Origin: Squalus acanthias
Lineage: Eukaryota
Assembly: GCA_030390025.1 (NCBI GenBank)
Contig: CM059431.1
Coordinates: 117,182,001 to 117,246,000, forward strand
Length of the DNA: 64,000 nucleotides
Reading direction: 5' to 3'
Positions 39,001 through 51,122 of the stretch are shown here, piece after piece (within the stretch, counting starts at the first letter, position 1; each line of letters starts with the position of its first letter). The position numbers were made by a program, and so were the translations under genes. Below the pieces are notes generated by a model. That model had not been told where the DNA came from. It did not search any database and worked only from the letters and a program-made list of their open reading frames with translations.

Positions 39001-39120
39001 TTAATTTGGCATATTCGGATGGCTGGGCCTACATGTAGTTTTCTTTGGTCCTGTAGAGGACCGTATGATTTGCTTGGTTTGCTACTGTCACCGGGAGGTT
39101 GATTTAACGGCAAGTTAAAT
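36070..39120 (-). mobile_element. Vingi-like (Ingi-related) non-LTR retrotransposon, ~3 kb, single broken ORF (APE, RT, zinc knuckle)
   Basis: ICQINIE, LEETH, GLPQGSVLAPMLFNVY, YADD, KLAGSTWGADAQTL..AL.YSTAEYC, CDCG.PNQTLEHII; no RNase H; 3' end ccatacgaaagaaga. Confidence 0.8.
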
Positions 39121-39506
39121 CATGAGCTAGGTGGAGAGCAGATAGCCCTTGTCTCCAAGCAGCCATCCTTGAGCTTGATGTGATGGCTGGAAGATTGCTG
39201 GTACACCTGGCTGGCACAGGATGATCTCAGGATTGTTATATGGTGCCCACAAAGCCACGTGGGTGCAGTCGGCGGTGCCCTGCGCCATGGGGAAGCCCAC
39301 TATCCTGGCAAAGCGACATGCACGCTCGGCCTGCTTCTCTCTGGTGATTGAGAAGCCAAAGTAGTCCCTTCTCCTGCTGTAAAGAGCCTCAGTGACCTCC
39401 CGGACGCAGCAATGGATGGCGACCTGTGTGATGTTAGCTATGTCTCATGTTGCAGACTGGAAGGATCTGCTGGTGAAAAAATTGAGGGCCACAGTGACCT
39501 TGACTG

Positions 39507-41123
39507 TGTAGAATTCGCAAAATTATCGCGATTTTATAATAATAAGGAGACATAAAGTTTCGTATAAACAGCTTTATTTCAGCAAAATGCTGTCAAGTTT
39601 CAAAAGGGACACAAGCAGCCTGTAAAATGGCCGCCACGCCTCGTGGCAGAAGGTTCTAGACTTTCAGTAGGCAGACAAGATGGCGTTTCAATAAACATTT
39701 CAGCAAGATCGGACAGGACTCAGCACATTGGAGATAATGACAAGACGCGATGGGTTTGCATTTTAAAACATAAATACTGGAATCGGTTTTCCAGGTACAA
39801 ACAAGAGCTATTGTACTGGGCAATCAAGGACCCATCCAAAGACATTGATATGCAAAATCCCCACGGCTCTACGATGAGAGAGCCGTTCGCGGGTACTCAC
39901 AGCAAGCATTTGGAAGCCCCCAAAACCCCTCCAGGGAGACTACTAGCCAGTTCCACAATGGGAGAAATATTAACGGGTACTCAAACAGTTACAAGTGTCA
40001 CCGAAACCCATTAACGACAAGTACCACCCCATACAAGAAGTTTGAGCGCCAAAACATGACAAAAGATGAACATTTAGATTGGGCGGGAGATAAGGAATTA
40101 CAGTACTATAACTGTAGTGTCCAAACATCCATCTTTCTCTTATTCTTTACCACCGACTGGGGCTCTGGACTCTCATTCTCTGATCCACTGATTTTCCGGG
40201 AGTCAACCTCGTGGCTTGCCGCGAAGATCTGTGGAGAACTGGACTGTGAAGGTCGATAAGCGGGCGCACCATCCCGAGAAGTCGGTAAACGGTGTTGAAA
40301 CCGAAGGCTCGAGAGGAGATGAGATGAGAAGAGAAGAAGACGACTACACGTGCCGCCGCGGTCAGTAAACCCCGACCGCGCCCGAAAATCGATTAACCAT
40401 TTCTTCGAATTCTATCGGCTACTCCACAACTGGTGTCGGTCCAGAAAGACTTTTTCTTTGAATTTTACCGGCTAACTGGTGCCGGGCATAGGAAGACTCT
40501 TCTTTGAGTTTTATCAGAGTTCCGAGGTCAACACAGATCTTCATGACAGCAGACGGTCCAGCCTGCTAGCCGGAGCAGAAGCGAGTAAACAAGTGGGGTA
40601 CAGAGACCCCTGATCAACACGTGGATAGTCAGGTGCTGTGGTGAAAACATCCGAGCAGAGTTTCGGAATTCTCCGAGTTATCACGAGTGGTGAGCATGAG
40701 TCTCGATCCTACAAATCTAGATTAGGACAGGTATTGATAGGGGAGGGTTTATGTTTTAAGGATAATTATAATGTGTGTCCCCTTTTACGATGTGTCGTGC
40801 GCTCCTCGTTTCCCTAAACCTAGTTGCATAAATGTATGTTAGTTTGTACTGTCATTAATCTGTGCTTATGACATGTATTTCGTAATCTTGAATAATATGC
40901 AATAAAGATTTTCCATTTCGCACTATTCAACCGGGTCTACCTGAGTTTTTCTCTGCATTATTGCTCTCGCACCTAAGTCCAGTGTCAGAACCGTAAGGGC
41001 GAGTGGGTCGAACCACTCACAGGTGTCTAGTGTTACCAGGCTGGCGGGAGACCAGAACAGGCAACAAGGCCTAACCCCGCACTAGCACCCAGGCTAAGCA
41101 CAGAGCCACGCGAACCCCTTACA
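39507..41123 (+). mobile_element. 1617-bp solo LTR
   Basis: TGTA...TACA ends; 4-bp TSD ACTG (39503-39506 / 41124-41127); removal restores the transposase frame ALPVAVKVTVALN; TATA-like motif near 40105, AATAAA at 40901. Confidence 0.9.
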
Positions 41124-42158
41124 ACTGCCACTGGAAGAGCCTTGGTTGCCCTGGTCTGAGGCTGGAGGTCTGTTTGGAGGGGGTGGCAGAGTTCTGTGAC
41201 CACGACCTTGGTGAAACGGAGCCATCTAATACACTGCTCCTCGCTTAATTGAAGGTAGGAGAAGTGCTCTCGGAATACCCTTGGAGGGTAAGGCCTCCTG
41301 GTGAGAGCCCTGATGTCCCTCCCCATCTCTCTGCGCACATGTTCCCATATTTCTTGCTGCCTCCGCTCCCTCCGCCATAAATCCTGGAGGGCGAGGTGGC
41401 ATGCCAGTACAGCTGCCATTAATGTTAAAAGGGTAGCACTTTGAATCTTTGAACAATGAATGTAACTATTTTTTGGTTGCCAGAAGACTCCTGATACAAA
41501 AGAACCTTGAAATTACTGAATGAAACTGTTGCAGTGGGTGAAACTAACAAAAAGAACACTGAAACTGCACTAACCTGACAGCTGCAAGTGATTACTGATG
41601 ATCCCTTTAAATAACATCCCTGGAGCTGGCTTCCTGGTGCTGCACGCCAGCTCTCCTGTCGCTGTTTACTCCAGGCACACTTACTGACGTCACGAGCTAG
41701 CTGGCATTGATGTTTCCGGTGATACCTCTTACTGGCGGCGCTACCGGGGGGTGTGCGGCCTTGGATTCGATTCGCCCCAGCGATATTAGTCTCGTGCCCC
41801 ATTAGTGCCATCTGATGGCGCTAATGGCAGTTGTTAAGGCGACAAATTTTTCCCCCATCAATTTCGGATTTAAAATTAACAATTGACCGAGCATCAATTG
41901 CCGTTTATGGAAGAGAGTTCCAAACTTCTATCAGCCTTTGTGTGTAGAAATGTTTCCTAACTTCACTCCTGAAAGGCCTGCCTCTAATTTTTAGACTATG
42001 TCCCCAAGTCCTAAACACCCCAACCAGCAGAAATAATTTGTCTCTACTAATCCTATCAGTTCCACTTAATATCTTGAAAACTTTGATCAAATCACCCCTT
42101 AACCTTCTAAATTCCAGGGAATACAACCCTAGTTTGTGTAATCTCTCCTCATAATAAT

Positions 42159-42940
42159 GGGCCTGAATTTGCGGTCTTGATGATGGCGAACTGGCAGTGG
42201 TCGCCGTCATTTCGCCTTTGAAACTGGCCTAAACTTCAGGAATTAGCGCGTGTGTAGGAAATCCTGAATTTGCGGTCTGTCATTCACTGCTCTTCCACAG
42301 GCTGCGCTGTGCCCCCAACCACCCCACACTCCCCCACCCATACAGAGCTGGCAATCACTGAAATCTCTCAAATCATGGAAACTGACAAACTTTGGCTCCT
42401 CCGCAGTAATTACGCTGTTAAATTCCCCATTAAAAGTTAGATCCAAAGGGATTAGGTGTAACTGGGGTTTTAACAGTGTATTGACTGCTAAGCAAAGGTT
42501 ATGGCCCTGAACAACTAATTAACATTTTGTGCAGTATCAAATTTATCCATTTCAGTAAAAATTAACATTTTTAAGAAACTTAAAAAAATATATTTTTTTA
42601 AAGTTTGTTCATCTTTATTTCAGGTTTGCCTTTTCCCCATGTGAGAGCCCCAATCTTCGTTTTGCTCCCTATTAAATTTTTAAAACGTTAGAATCAAAGA
42701 GCTTACCCACTTCCTAGTTCGCTGTCTGTGAGAATTCCACGTTTTGATTGGCTGCTTAGGCAGCTTGTTGATGTCACAGCAGCTCTTCACTGGGAATCCC
42801 CATTAACTTCCATTGATTTGAATTACACGTCAGAAAAGCCCAACTTTTTGACACCGAGATCGCGAGATCTTTGTGCGAAGCTTACTTTGGGGCCAGCGGC
42901 AAACGCCTTTGCTTCGCCGTTGGCCACAAATTCCAGGCCA
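42159..42940. mobile_element. Harbinger-type MITE
   Basis: GGGCCTGAATTTG / CAAATTCCAGGCC termini; AT-rich centre like 58560-59324. Confidence 0.8.
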
Positions 42941-43579
42941 AAATATATAAAACCCAGTTTTATATATAGGGAGGCTGGTGAATTTGGCAGAGGCTGCCTC
43001 TTTCTGCCCTTCCACCTCCCTCAAACATCTCACGAAGTGTCAATTTGGCCCCCTTTATAAAACATTTTGGGAAGCTCTTTGGGGTACAGGTCAAGTCCAA
43101 GACCTGGAACCACAGGTAAGTCTCATTTCTGCCAGTTGGTTGTTGCCTCTTCTCACTGGGCATACTGGCCGACAATGAGAAAACACCCATCTTCCAAGTC
43201 CGCTTCAGTTGGTCGTGCACCCTCTGACATGGGGGACCATGGTTGGGGTGGAAAGAGATTCCACTGTGGGAGTGTGCTGGAAGGGCCACGGAATGTCAAC
43301 CCCACTATTTTTACTTGTACAAGCTGAAAGTAATGCATGTGTTGTGTAAGTACATATGGATTAATTGAATACTTGGGACTCATATTAGACATGCAATGAA
43401 CATAATAAATGTTTGCTTGCTGTGTTTTATCTTCTACAACTGCATAACTGCCTTTTTACTCAGTCTACACTAGGCATTGCAAAATAGTTAGTAATATGAA
43501 CATTGGAGTACCACACAATGAATTCTACCCGGATTGTGTTTCAACATTTACCTGAATATCAACACTTGAGGCCATGATT

Positions 43580-45800
43580 AACGGACACAAATTCTCATCT
43601 CCCTCTGTCGGGTGAGAACGGGATAGGAGTACAATGAAGATGGCAGCATAGTACTTACCATCCTGTTCCGGCTGACATCCTGGTCTCGGCCATTTTGGTA
43701 GAAGCATTGAAATGGGCAGCTGTGGCTCGGAAACGGGTGGCAGTCTCATTATCATGACAGAACCCCTCACAAGTTGGTAGTGGACTCCTTCCCACTGTCC
43801 GACATGCTGCGGAAGTCCCCTGGCAGGCAGTCCAAAGCAGTGAGTAATTGGCGGTGCACAGAAATCGTCCTTCTTTAAAGAACTGGGCCCCTGAAGTCTT
43901 CATCTCTGTCCTTTGCAGCAGGGCTAGGATGTGAGCTTGCTCAGTGGGGAGCTGCTCTCTGAGCCGTCCTATCCACCTTCTCTTGCATGGTGTTCACTTG
44001 TGTTCGGTGATTCATCAATGCAGACCCCTCTAACTCACAATCTACAGGATGAGGGGTGCCAGTTTCTGATCTGGTACATGTAAGGGTGAGAGCGAGTGAT
44101 GGTGCATCTTCAAGTGGCATTGCCTGCTCGATAGGTGCTGCCACTTGGCCCGAGACTTCTGGTGGACCTGGAAAGAGGGAGCGGGGCAAGAGTTAGTCGG
44201 GTACTGGTTAGCAGTAGCAGATGGTTCTGTGCCAGATTGTCATGCAGAGTGATGCTGACTGAAAATGTTTCCCCTAGAATATGACAATTTACAAATTAAC
44301 CTCTGTGGTGTTTCCCATTGTTTAGAAACTACAGTAACATGAAAAAGTAGATAAATCTGATATCTGACTGTATAGCGTCCATATTCAGGAACCATATTCA
44401 TCAATATTCGAAACGGCTAACGTAGATTGGGGAGTTGACCCTTTGTAAGCTGAATTTATCCCTTATAGCAATATCATAATATGAATTTAAAACATTCTCT
44501 TCCATGCTATATAGGTAGAAGTCCCAAAATACTACATGCTCCCAAAGTGTTTAGGACCTCTTAACACCATGTTCTCCATGCAGATGCTCATGGCTTTGCT
44601 ATATGTTCCCCAGTGGATCGCATTCCTGCAGTTACAGCTAGTGGACTTCTCCACAGTCATTACCACACCATGCAGCCTCAAATGACTCCATGAGCTGATA
44701 ATAGTCTGATCACAATCTTCTTTTATAAGCAGGCCTCATGAGATCTGAATCGCTGGGCTCTGTAGCTGAGGAAGAACCTGCACTGGCCATATAGTGAGTA
44801 GGTTCCTGTTCATCCACTGCCATCTCAACTTGCTCCTCTTCACTCATACTGAGTGCTTTACCCAGCAATCCCTCCTCAAGCTCATTACTTATATCTCCCA
44901 AGGAGACTGTTCCTGTGCTAATGCTTTCAGCAAATGAAGCGAATGAAGTTATCATGAGGTGCTGGCTTCTTTTGTCACATTAGAATCAATGGCTGGTTCT
45001 TATAGGATGCCTATAGAAATACAATACATATTAATAGAATGTACAGCACACAAACAGGCCATTCAGCCCAACTGGTCTGTGCCTGTGTTAATGCTTCACA
45101 CGGGCCTCCCCCCACCCTACTTCATCTCACCCTATCAGCATATCCTTCTACTCCTTTCTCCCTCAAGTGTTTATCTAGCTTCCCCTTAAAAGCATCTATG
45201 CTATTCGCCTCAACTACTCCTTGTGGTAGCGAGTTCCACATTCTAACCACTCTCTGGTTAAAAAAGCTTCTTCTAAATTCTCTATTGGATTTATTAGTGA
45301 CTATCTTATAGTTATGGCCCCTAGCTTTGGTCTCCCCCACAAGTGGAAACATCTTCTCTGCATCTACCCTATCAAACACAGCCTTCTCTTTTCTAGAGAA
45401 ATGCAAATGAGTTAGAATGCTGGCTCTGTGATCCCCTCCCCCCTTCAAATCTGACTTACATGAAAAAATAGGGGTAGATGTGATGAAATAGCAAAGCTTT
45501 GCACTGTGAGCACTGAATCATAAAATCTGTTTCATATTATTTGCAATGGTGTTGCGCTTGACTATATGTCTGATTGACAGAGTGAATAACTGAGTAAATG
45601 GAAGAAAAGAGCAAGCATGAGAAGAATATTATTAACCTTCATCTTGTGGGGTTCTCCAGCTTCATCCTCCCCATCTACCACAATGCTCTCTCTTTCAATG
45701 GTTTTCAAGCTAGCCTCTTCAAGGGTTCTCAAGGCTTATAGTTACAGAGTTTTGCATCCATGTGCAACTGTTCTTTTGCTGCTGGCAGAGAAAGAGTGTT
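43580..45800 (-). pseudogene. Old Harbinger Myb/SANT-gene remnants (interrupted by a CR1 3' fragment at 45030-45400)
   Basis: EDAPSLALTLTCTRSETGT and ASAGSSSA..SDSDL..AYKRRL resemble exon 3 of 4930-6485; 45640-45790 resembles exon 2. Confidence 0.55.
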
Positions 45801-46554
45801 GAAATGTTGGAAGTCTCAAGCGCACATAAAGTTGTTTTTTTTATATTTGTTCATGGGATGTTGGCGTCGTTGGCAAAGCCAGCATTTATTGCCCATACCT
45901 AGTTGCCCTTGAGAAGGTGCCAACCAAGTGGCCATCCAGCAGGCATCATGAGTGTAAGTACACAAACATGTGTCGTGAAATTTAGCTTTCTCAGAAGGAT
46001 ATTTTGAGTAAACTGCTGCTAAGAGGTCAGTGTGCCTGAGTTTTAGTTATAAGTTGCTGCTGGAATTTGTGCGGCGCTGTGGTATGGCCAGGCACGGTAA
46101 GCATTCAAGGGTTTGCAAGTAGTCTGAGTGCTTTGCAGCATGCAGCAGTTGGTGTGTAACAGGGTGTGAAGAAACACTGTGTGACATGCATACTCTGCCT
46201 GTCTACTTGGTATAAGTTATTGGTAAATAGACTTAGCGTGGCTGATTTTCTCAAACCCTAAACTTCTTTCTCATTTGTCATCAGGTTGTCCGAGTGGTTG
46301 ACACAGCATTTACATATTGCACTACCCCCTCCAATGCACTGTGGAAAGATTTCCCTGGACTACTGAAGTAGATACCCCTCATTTACCTCACTTTTTGGAG
46401 TAACAGTTCAAAAGATGTACTGGTGAACCAGGGTGATCTGTCTTGATGTAGTTCCATTACATCAGGTGACAATTCATTTTGCAAAGACGACATTTTTTAG
46501 CTGCCGTCCTTGAAATAGCTACCCGAGTGATGGAATTCCGACCTCCTGCCCCCT

Positions 46555-47230
46555 ATCTGTCAGAGGTGCCTTCTTCCAGAGGAGACGTTATACCCAGGTC
46601 CCATCTGCCCTCTTAGGTAGACATAAAAGATCCATGGCACTATTTGAAGAAGACAGGGGAGTTCTCCCTGTGGCCTGGCCAATATTTATCCCTCAACCAA
46701 CATCACAAAAACAGATTATCTGTACATTATCTAATTCCTGTGGGACATTGCTATGCGCAAATTGGCTGCTGCGTTTACAACAGTAATTACATTTCAAAAG
46801 TACTTAATTGGCTGTAAATCGCTTTGGGACATCCTAAGGCACTATATCAAGTTTACTCTCTCCAGCACTGGCGTACCATGGCTACAGTGTATACTATCTA
46901 CACGTTGCACCGCAGCAAGTCGCCAAGGCTACTTTGGCAGCACCTCCCAAACCCACAGCCTCCAGCACCTAGAAGTTCAAGGGCAGCTGGTGCATGGGAA
47001 CACTATCACCTCTACGTTCCCCTTCAAGTCGCACACCATCCGGACTTGGACATTTATTGCCATTCCTTCGTCGTCGCTGGGTCAAAAAGCTGGAACTCCC
47101 TACCTAACAGCATTACGGGAGCATCTTCGCCATGTGGTCTGCATCGTTTCAAGAAGAAGGCCCACCACCATCTTCTCAAGGGCAACTGGAGTTGGACAAT
47201 AAATGCCGGCCTTACCAACGATACCCATAT
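46555..47230 (+). mobile_element. Deu-SINE fragment (46555-46840) followed by a CR1-like LINE 3' fragment (46840-47230)
   Basis: Deu core aaaagatccatggcactatttgaagaa; then the reverse complement of 3200-3570. Confidence 0.7.
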
Positions 47231-47539
47231 CCCAGAAATGAATATAAACAAAAGTGATTTCTTTCCTTCAATCTTCGGTCCAGAAAACCTCCACGATAAT
47301 TCTTTACCTATATCTAAAGTCTTCTGCCTATCAACACTTTAAAGACCTGGATCATATCCTCTCTCAATACTTTTTCCAATGGAAGTAAGTTCAATTGTGA
47401 GACGTTTCCTTCATAATTTAGAGTCCTAAGTGCAGCAATTACCCTTGTTTCTCTTTTGAAACCCTTCCAATGCATCAATATTCTTTTGAACGTAAGGTGC
47501 TTAGAACACAATACTCTAAATGCAGCTATAGCAAGGAGT

Positions 47540-47995
47540 TAAAGAAAGACTTGCATTTACTCAGCGCCTTTCATGACCACCGGACGCCTCAAAGCACTTT
47601 ACAGCCAATGAAGTACTTTTTGAAGTGTAGTCACTGTTGTAATGTAGGAAACGCGGTAGCCAGTTTGCACACAGCAAGCTCCCACAAACAGCAATGTGAT
47701 AATGACCAGATAATCTGTTTTTGTTATGTTGATTGAGGGATAAATATTGGCCAGGACACCGGGGATAACTTCCCTGCTCTTCTTCAAAATAGTGCCATGG
47801 GATCTTTTACGTGCACCTGAGAGAGGAGACGGGGCCTCGGTTTAACGTCTCATCCGAAAGACTGCACCTCCGACAGTGCAGCACTCCCTCAGCACTGCAC
47901 TGGAGTGTCAACCTAGATTTTTGTGCTCAAATACCTGGAGTGAAACTTGAACCCACAACCTTCTGACTCAGAGGCGATGGTGCGAGCAACTGAGC
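47540..47995 (-). mobile_element. Deu-domain SINE (SacSINE1-like), near full length
   Basis: Closely matches 33671-34098 and keeps the tRNA-like head (gctcagttgctcgcacc...gttcaag). Confidence 0.85.
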
Positions 47996-48384
47996 AGGGT
48001 TAAAATAATTTGTTTTGACTCATGCCTGTAGGATGCATCACAGTACTTGATTAGCCTTGTTGTTAATAGTGTTACATACACTGGAAGCTTAATGGTCAGC
48101 AAACCCAATTGTAGTTGTTGTTCTGGATTGTTGCACAATTTCCAGCCCCAGCTATTAATGGTGACTAACCATGTGTCATGTCAGAATTTAAAGAATAGTT
48201 CTCCTTTTCATTATGCAGTGACTGGTGACTCTGTTTAGCCTTTAGGCAATGCTTGCATTTTGAACATGGCCTACATGACAAGCTATCAGCATCTTTAGAC
48301 TGATTTTTCACTGTATTGTTGGCAAGAATTATAGGGGGAGAAATTTGGTTGGTTAGCACCTCCCGTTAGCGCCTCCGGGGGGCT

Positions 48385-49274
48385 GCTGCAATGCCACGGG
48401 GAAAGGGAAGCTCGGGGGCCATGTCCCCGGAGGGTGAGTTCACGCGCGAGTTCTGCACAGGACTCAGATGATGACTGCGATGTGGAGGCGATGACCAGAC
48501 GGACGATGGGTGCAATGACAAGGGTGCCTGAGAGCATGGATGCACTAGCTAGGAGCTGGGAGGAGTCTGCCTCCAGCATTGCTCTCATCTTTGCGCACAC
48601 CATCGAGCCCATCCTTGACAGTTTGGATGGTCAACTCGCAGAGAGACCGTGGGAACCCAGACCTCATGCTGCATGTAATGGGTGAGGTGGCAGCAGCTAT
48701 TGCAGCACAGGCCGAAGCAACGCAATGGCTTAGTGCTGTATTGGAGTCAGTAGTTGCTGGCATCCAATCTCAGACTGCTCTGATGCACCCTCAGATTGAT
48801 GCCACGCAGGCGCTGACTGCTGCCATCATTGCTGGGTCATCCACAGTCCACCGGGGATCTCACGCTGCCGCAGCAGGCCAGCAATCTGTGCTCGAGCAGA
48901 TTGCTCCGGATGCTGAGGTTCTGCCCCAGGGGAGTGGCAGTGTGTCGGTCAAGCAGGACTGTGCTGTCCTCTTTCAGGATGACAGCATTCCTGCTCCCAC
49001 CACTGCCACTCCGCCATTGCCCTTGTCGCAGCCTGTAACCCAGCCATCCCAGACTGCTGCCGCCCATGCTGAGTTGGTGCAGTCTGCAGCCGGGCCTTCC
49101 AGGCCCAGAGCTGGTCGAGGGCGCCCTGCAAGGCCATCAACAATCTCTGGCTCCCAGACTCAGCAGCCTTCCACTAGCCTTGCTGCAGCCACTGGGGCCA
49201 CATTACAGAGGAGCAGTAGGGTTGGGAGGGGGGAACTCCAAAGGGGAGGGAAATCATTGAAGAGAGGGGAGTAA
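48385..49274 (+). pseudogene. Harbinger Myb/SANT-partner gene, C-terminal exon
   Basis: SSRASSAQDSDDD...MGAMTRVPES...VNSQRD.G.PDL aligns with ORF 4916..5599. Confidence 0.8.
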
Positions 49275-49504
49275 AGAATACTTTAGTAGCAAATGGAGGT
49301 AGTGTGTGTTAATAAATTGATGTGTTTGTAAATATATTGTGTTTCTTTATGAATAGTTGTGTTTCATAAGAGAGAGTTGTGTTCGATATTAAATTGTTAA
49401 TTTGACCTTGCACGTTTTGTGATGTTTCGCATTTGACTTTTGCCCATCGATAGGGACTGTGAGCTGGCTGTAATGATGTGGTTGTTCTGCGCAAATGCCA
49501 TGTG

Positions 49505-50654
49505 CTATATCATTGATTGGAAACGCTGTCTAATGAGGCGCTCACGAACAACCCTTGCAGAAGCAAGATTGAGTGGCTCCCTCCTCCATTGCCGCTGCTC
49601 CTCCTCCTCTTCATCCTCCTCCTCCACCTCCTCCTCTTCCTGAGGTGGACCTGCAATCCCTGGTGGCAATGGCTGGGCCCTCAGAATGGCCAGGTTGTGC
49701 AGCATGCAGCACACAACAATGAAAAGGGAGACTCGATCAGGGGAGTACTGCAGGGCTCCTCCAGAGCGGTCAAGGCAGCGGAAGCATTGCTTTAGCACCC
49801 CGATAGTCTGTTTGATCAGGTTCCTGGTGGTGGTATGGCTGTCATTGTATTGGGGTTGGGGAGGGGTGTCATCAACCAGATGGCGAGTGGATAACCCTTG
49901 TCTCTGAGCAGCCAGCCGCGAGCTTCATGTGGTGGGAGGAACAGTGCTGGGACACCGGTCTGTTGCAGGATGAATGCATCGTGGCTACTGCCAGGATAGT
50001 GTGCATTGACAGCGAGGATGCGCTGTCTGTGGTCGCACACCAACTGAGTGTTCAGAGAGTGGTAGAATTTGCGGTTACGGAACACTACTGCATTATGATG
50101 AGGTGCCCGCAATGCCACGTGGGTGCAGTCAATGGCGCCATGAAAAATAGGATGCCCGCTATCCTTGCAAAGCCGCATGAGCGTTCATCCTGTTTCTCAC
50201 CGATCATGGGGAATGAGATGTACTCCCTTCTCCATCTGCAGAGAGCGTCTGTTACCTCCCGGATGCAGCAATGGACGGTGAACTGTGAAATGTTTGCAAT
50301 ATCCCCTGTTGAAGCCTGGAAGGAGCCGCTGGCATAGAAATTGAGAGCAACTGTGACCTTAACTGCCACTGAGAAAGATGTCCTGGTCCTGAACTGAGGC
50401 TGGAGGTCTGGCTGCAGTAGGTGGCAAAGCTCTGTGACCACCTTCTTGCTGAAATGGAGCCTTCTACAGCACTGCTCCTCTGAGAGATGAATGTAGGAGA
50501 AGTGCTCCCGGAATCTCCTGGGAGGATAAGGCCTCCGGTTCAGAGCCCTGTTGGCCCTCCTACCGCTGGCTACGTTTTGCAATCTTTCTCTCTGCTTCCA
50601 CTACCTCTGACGGTGACGCTGGAGGGTGAGGTCCAGTGCCAGTACAGCCCCCAT
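49505..50654 (-). pseudogene. Harbinger DDE transposase (HARBI1/DDE_Tnp_4-like), frameshifted
   Basis: VKVTVALNFYASGSFQ, GAIDCTHV, RNRKFYHSLN.QLVCD, GSSHDAFIL, DKGY, CCMLHNLA and an acidic tail. Confidence 0.92.
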
Positions 50655-51122
50655 TAAATCATGGTAATGTTGCACTATCAAATGTAACCCAAATGAAAAT
50701 GATAAATTTTTCTCAGCCAGAATATTCCTTCAAGTTGAAAACGGTGAAATGGGTCAAAATGCCTGTCTGTTTGTGTCAGACTGACAAGGCAGCATTGTTG
50801 CCGACAAAAAACCCCCCGAAAGTTGACCCCTTTATATAGCACTCCTCCAGCGCTTATCCGACTGCAAACTGCCTCCCTGCACCTGTCGTTGCTAACGGCA
50901 GGCGCTCAGGCAGGGGGGCGAGAGGAATTTCTGAGCTGGGGCGATGCCGGGGCACTGCGCACCCGGATGACGTCATGATCTCCGGGCGCAGGAGATCGTG
51001 GCGCTAGTGGTTACCGCCACCGCAATCCTCCAGCTCAATCTCGTAGCTGTCGGTACTAGCACCATGCCCGGTCGCAAAGGGAGGCGCTTATGGGTGGCGC
51101 AAAGGCACCCAATTTCTCCCCC

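Larger units (their letters stand above)
34799..41856. mobile_element. PIF/Harbinger transposon (family A, copy 2) carrying two nested insertions
   Basis: GGGCTAAAAATT / AAATTTTTCCCCC termini; Myb exon 1 (+, 35054-35400); transposase (-) in three pieces 41419-41124, 39506-39121 and 36069-35744 containing DCTHV, GDKGY, IEQ and CCMLHNLA motifs. Confidence 0.92.
34655..42155 (-). mobile_element. CR1 3' fragment (34655-34798 + 41857-42155) hosting the nested stack
   Basis: aacaaaaatctat|caatttcggatttaaaattaac is contiguous CR1 once the Harbinger is removed. Confidence 0.85.
48334..51122. mobile_element. PIF/Harbinger transposon (related family) with full-span transposase and Myb-gene last exon
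   Basis: Perfect 12-bp TIR GGGGGAGAAATT; convergent genes; TSD not conserved. Confidence 0.92.

Noticed and set aside
39050..39120. 2A-like peptide or HDV ribozyme at the 5' end of the Vingi-like element
   Set aside because: No DxExNPGP motif is visible, and the 5' UTR appears absent in this copy.
49505..50654. Domesticated HARBI1 / NAIF1 host genes
   Set aside because: Multiple frameshifted copies inside TIR-bounded elements; these are transposon relics.
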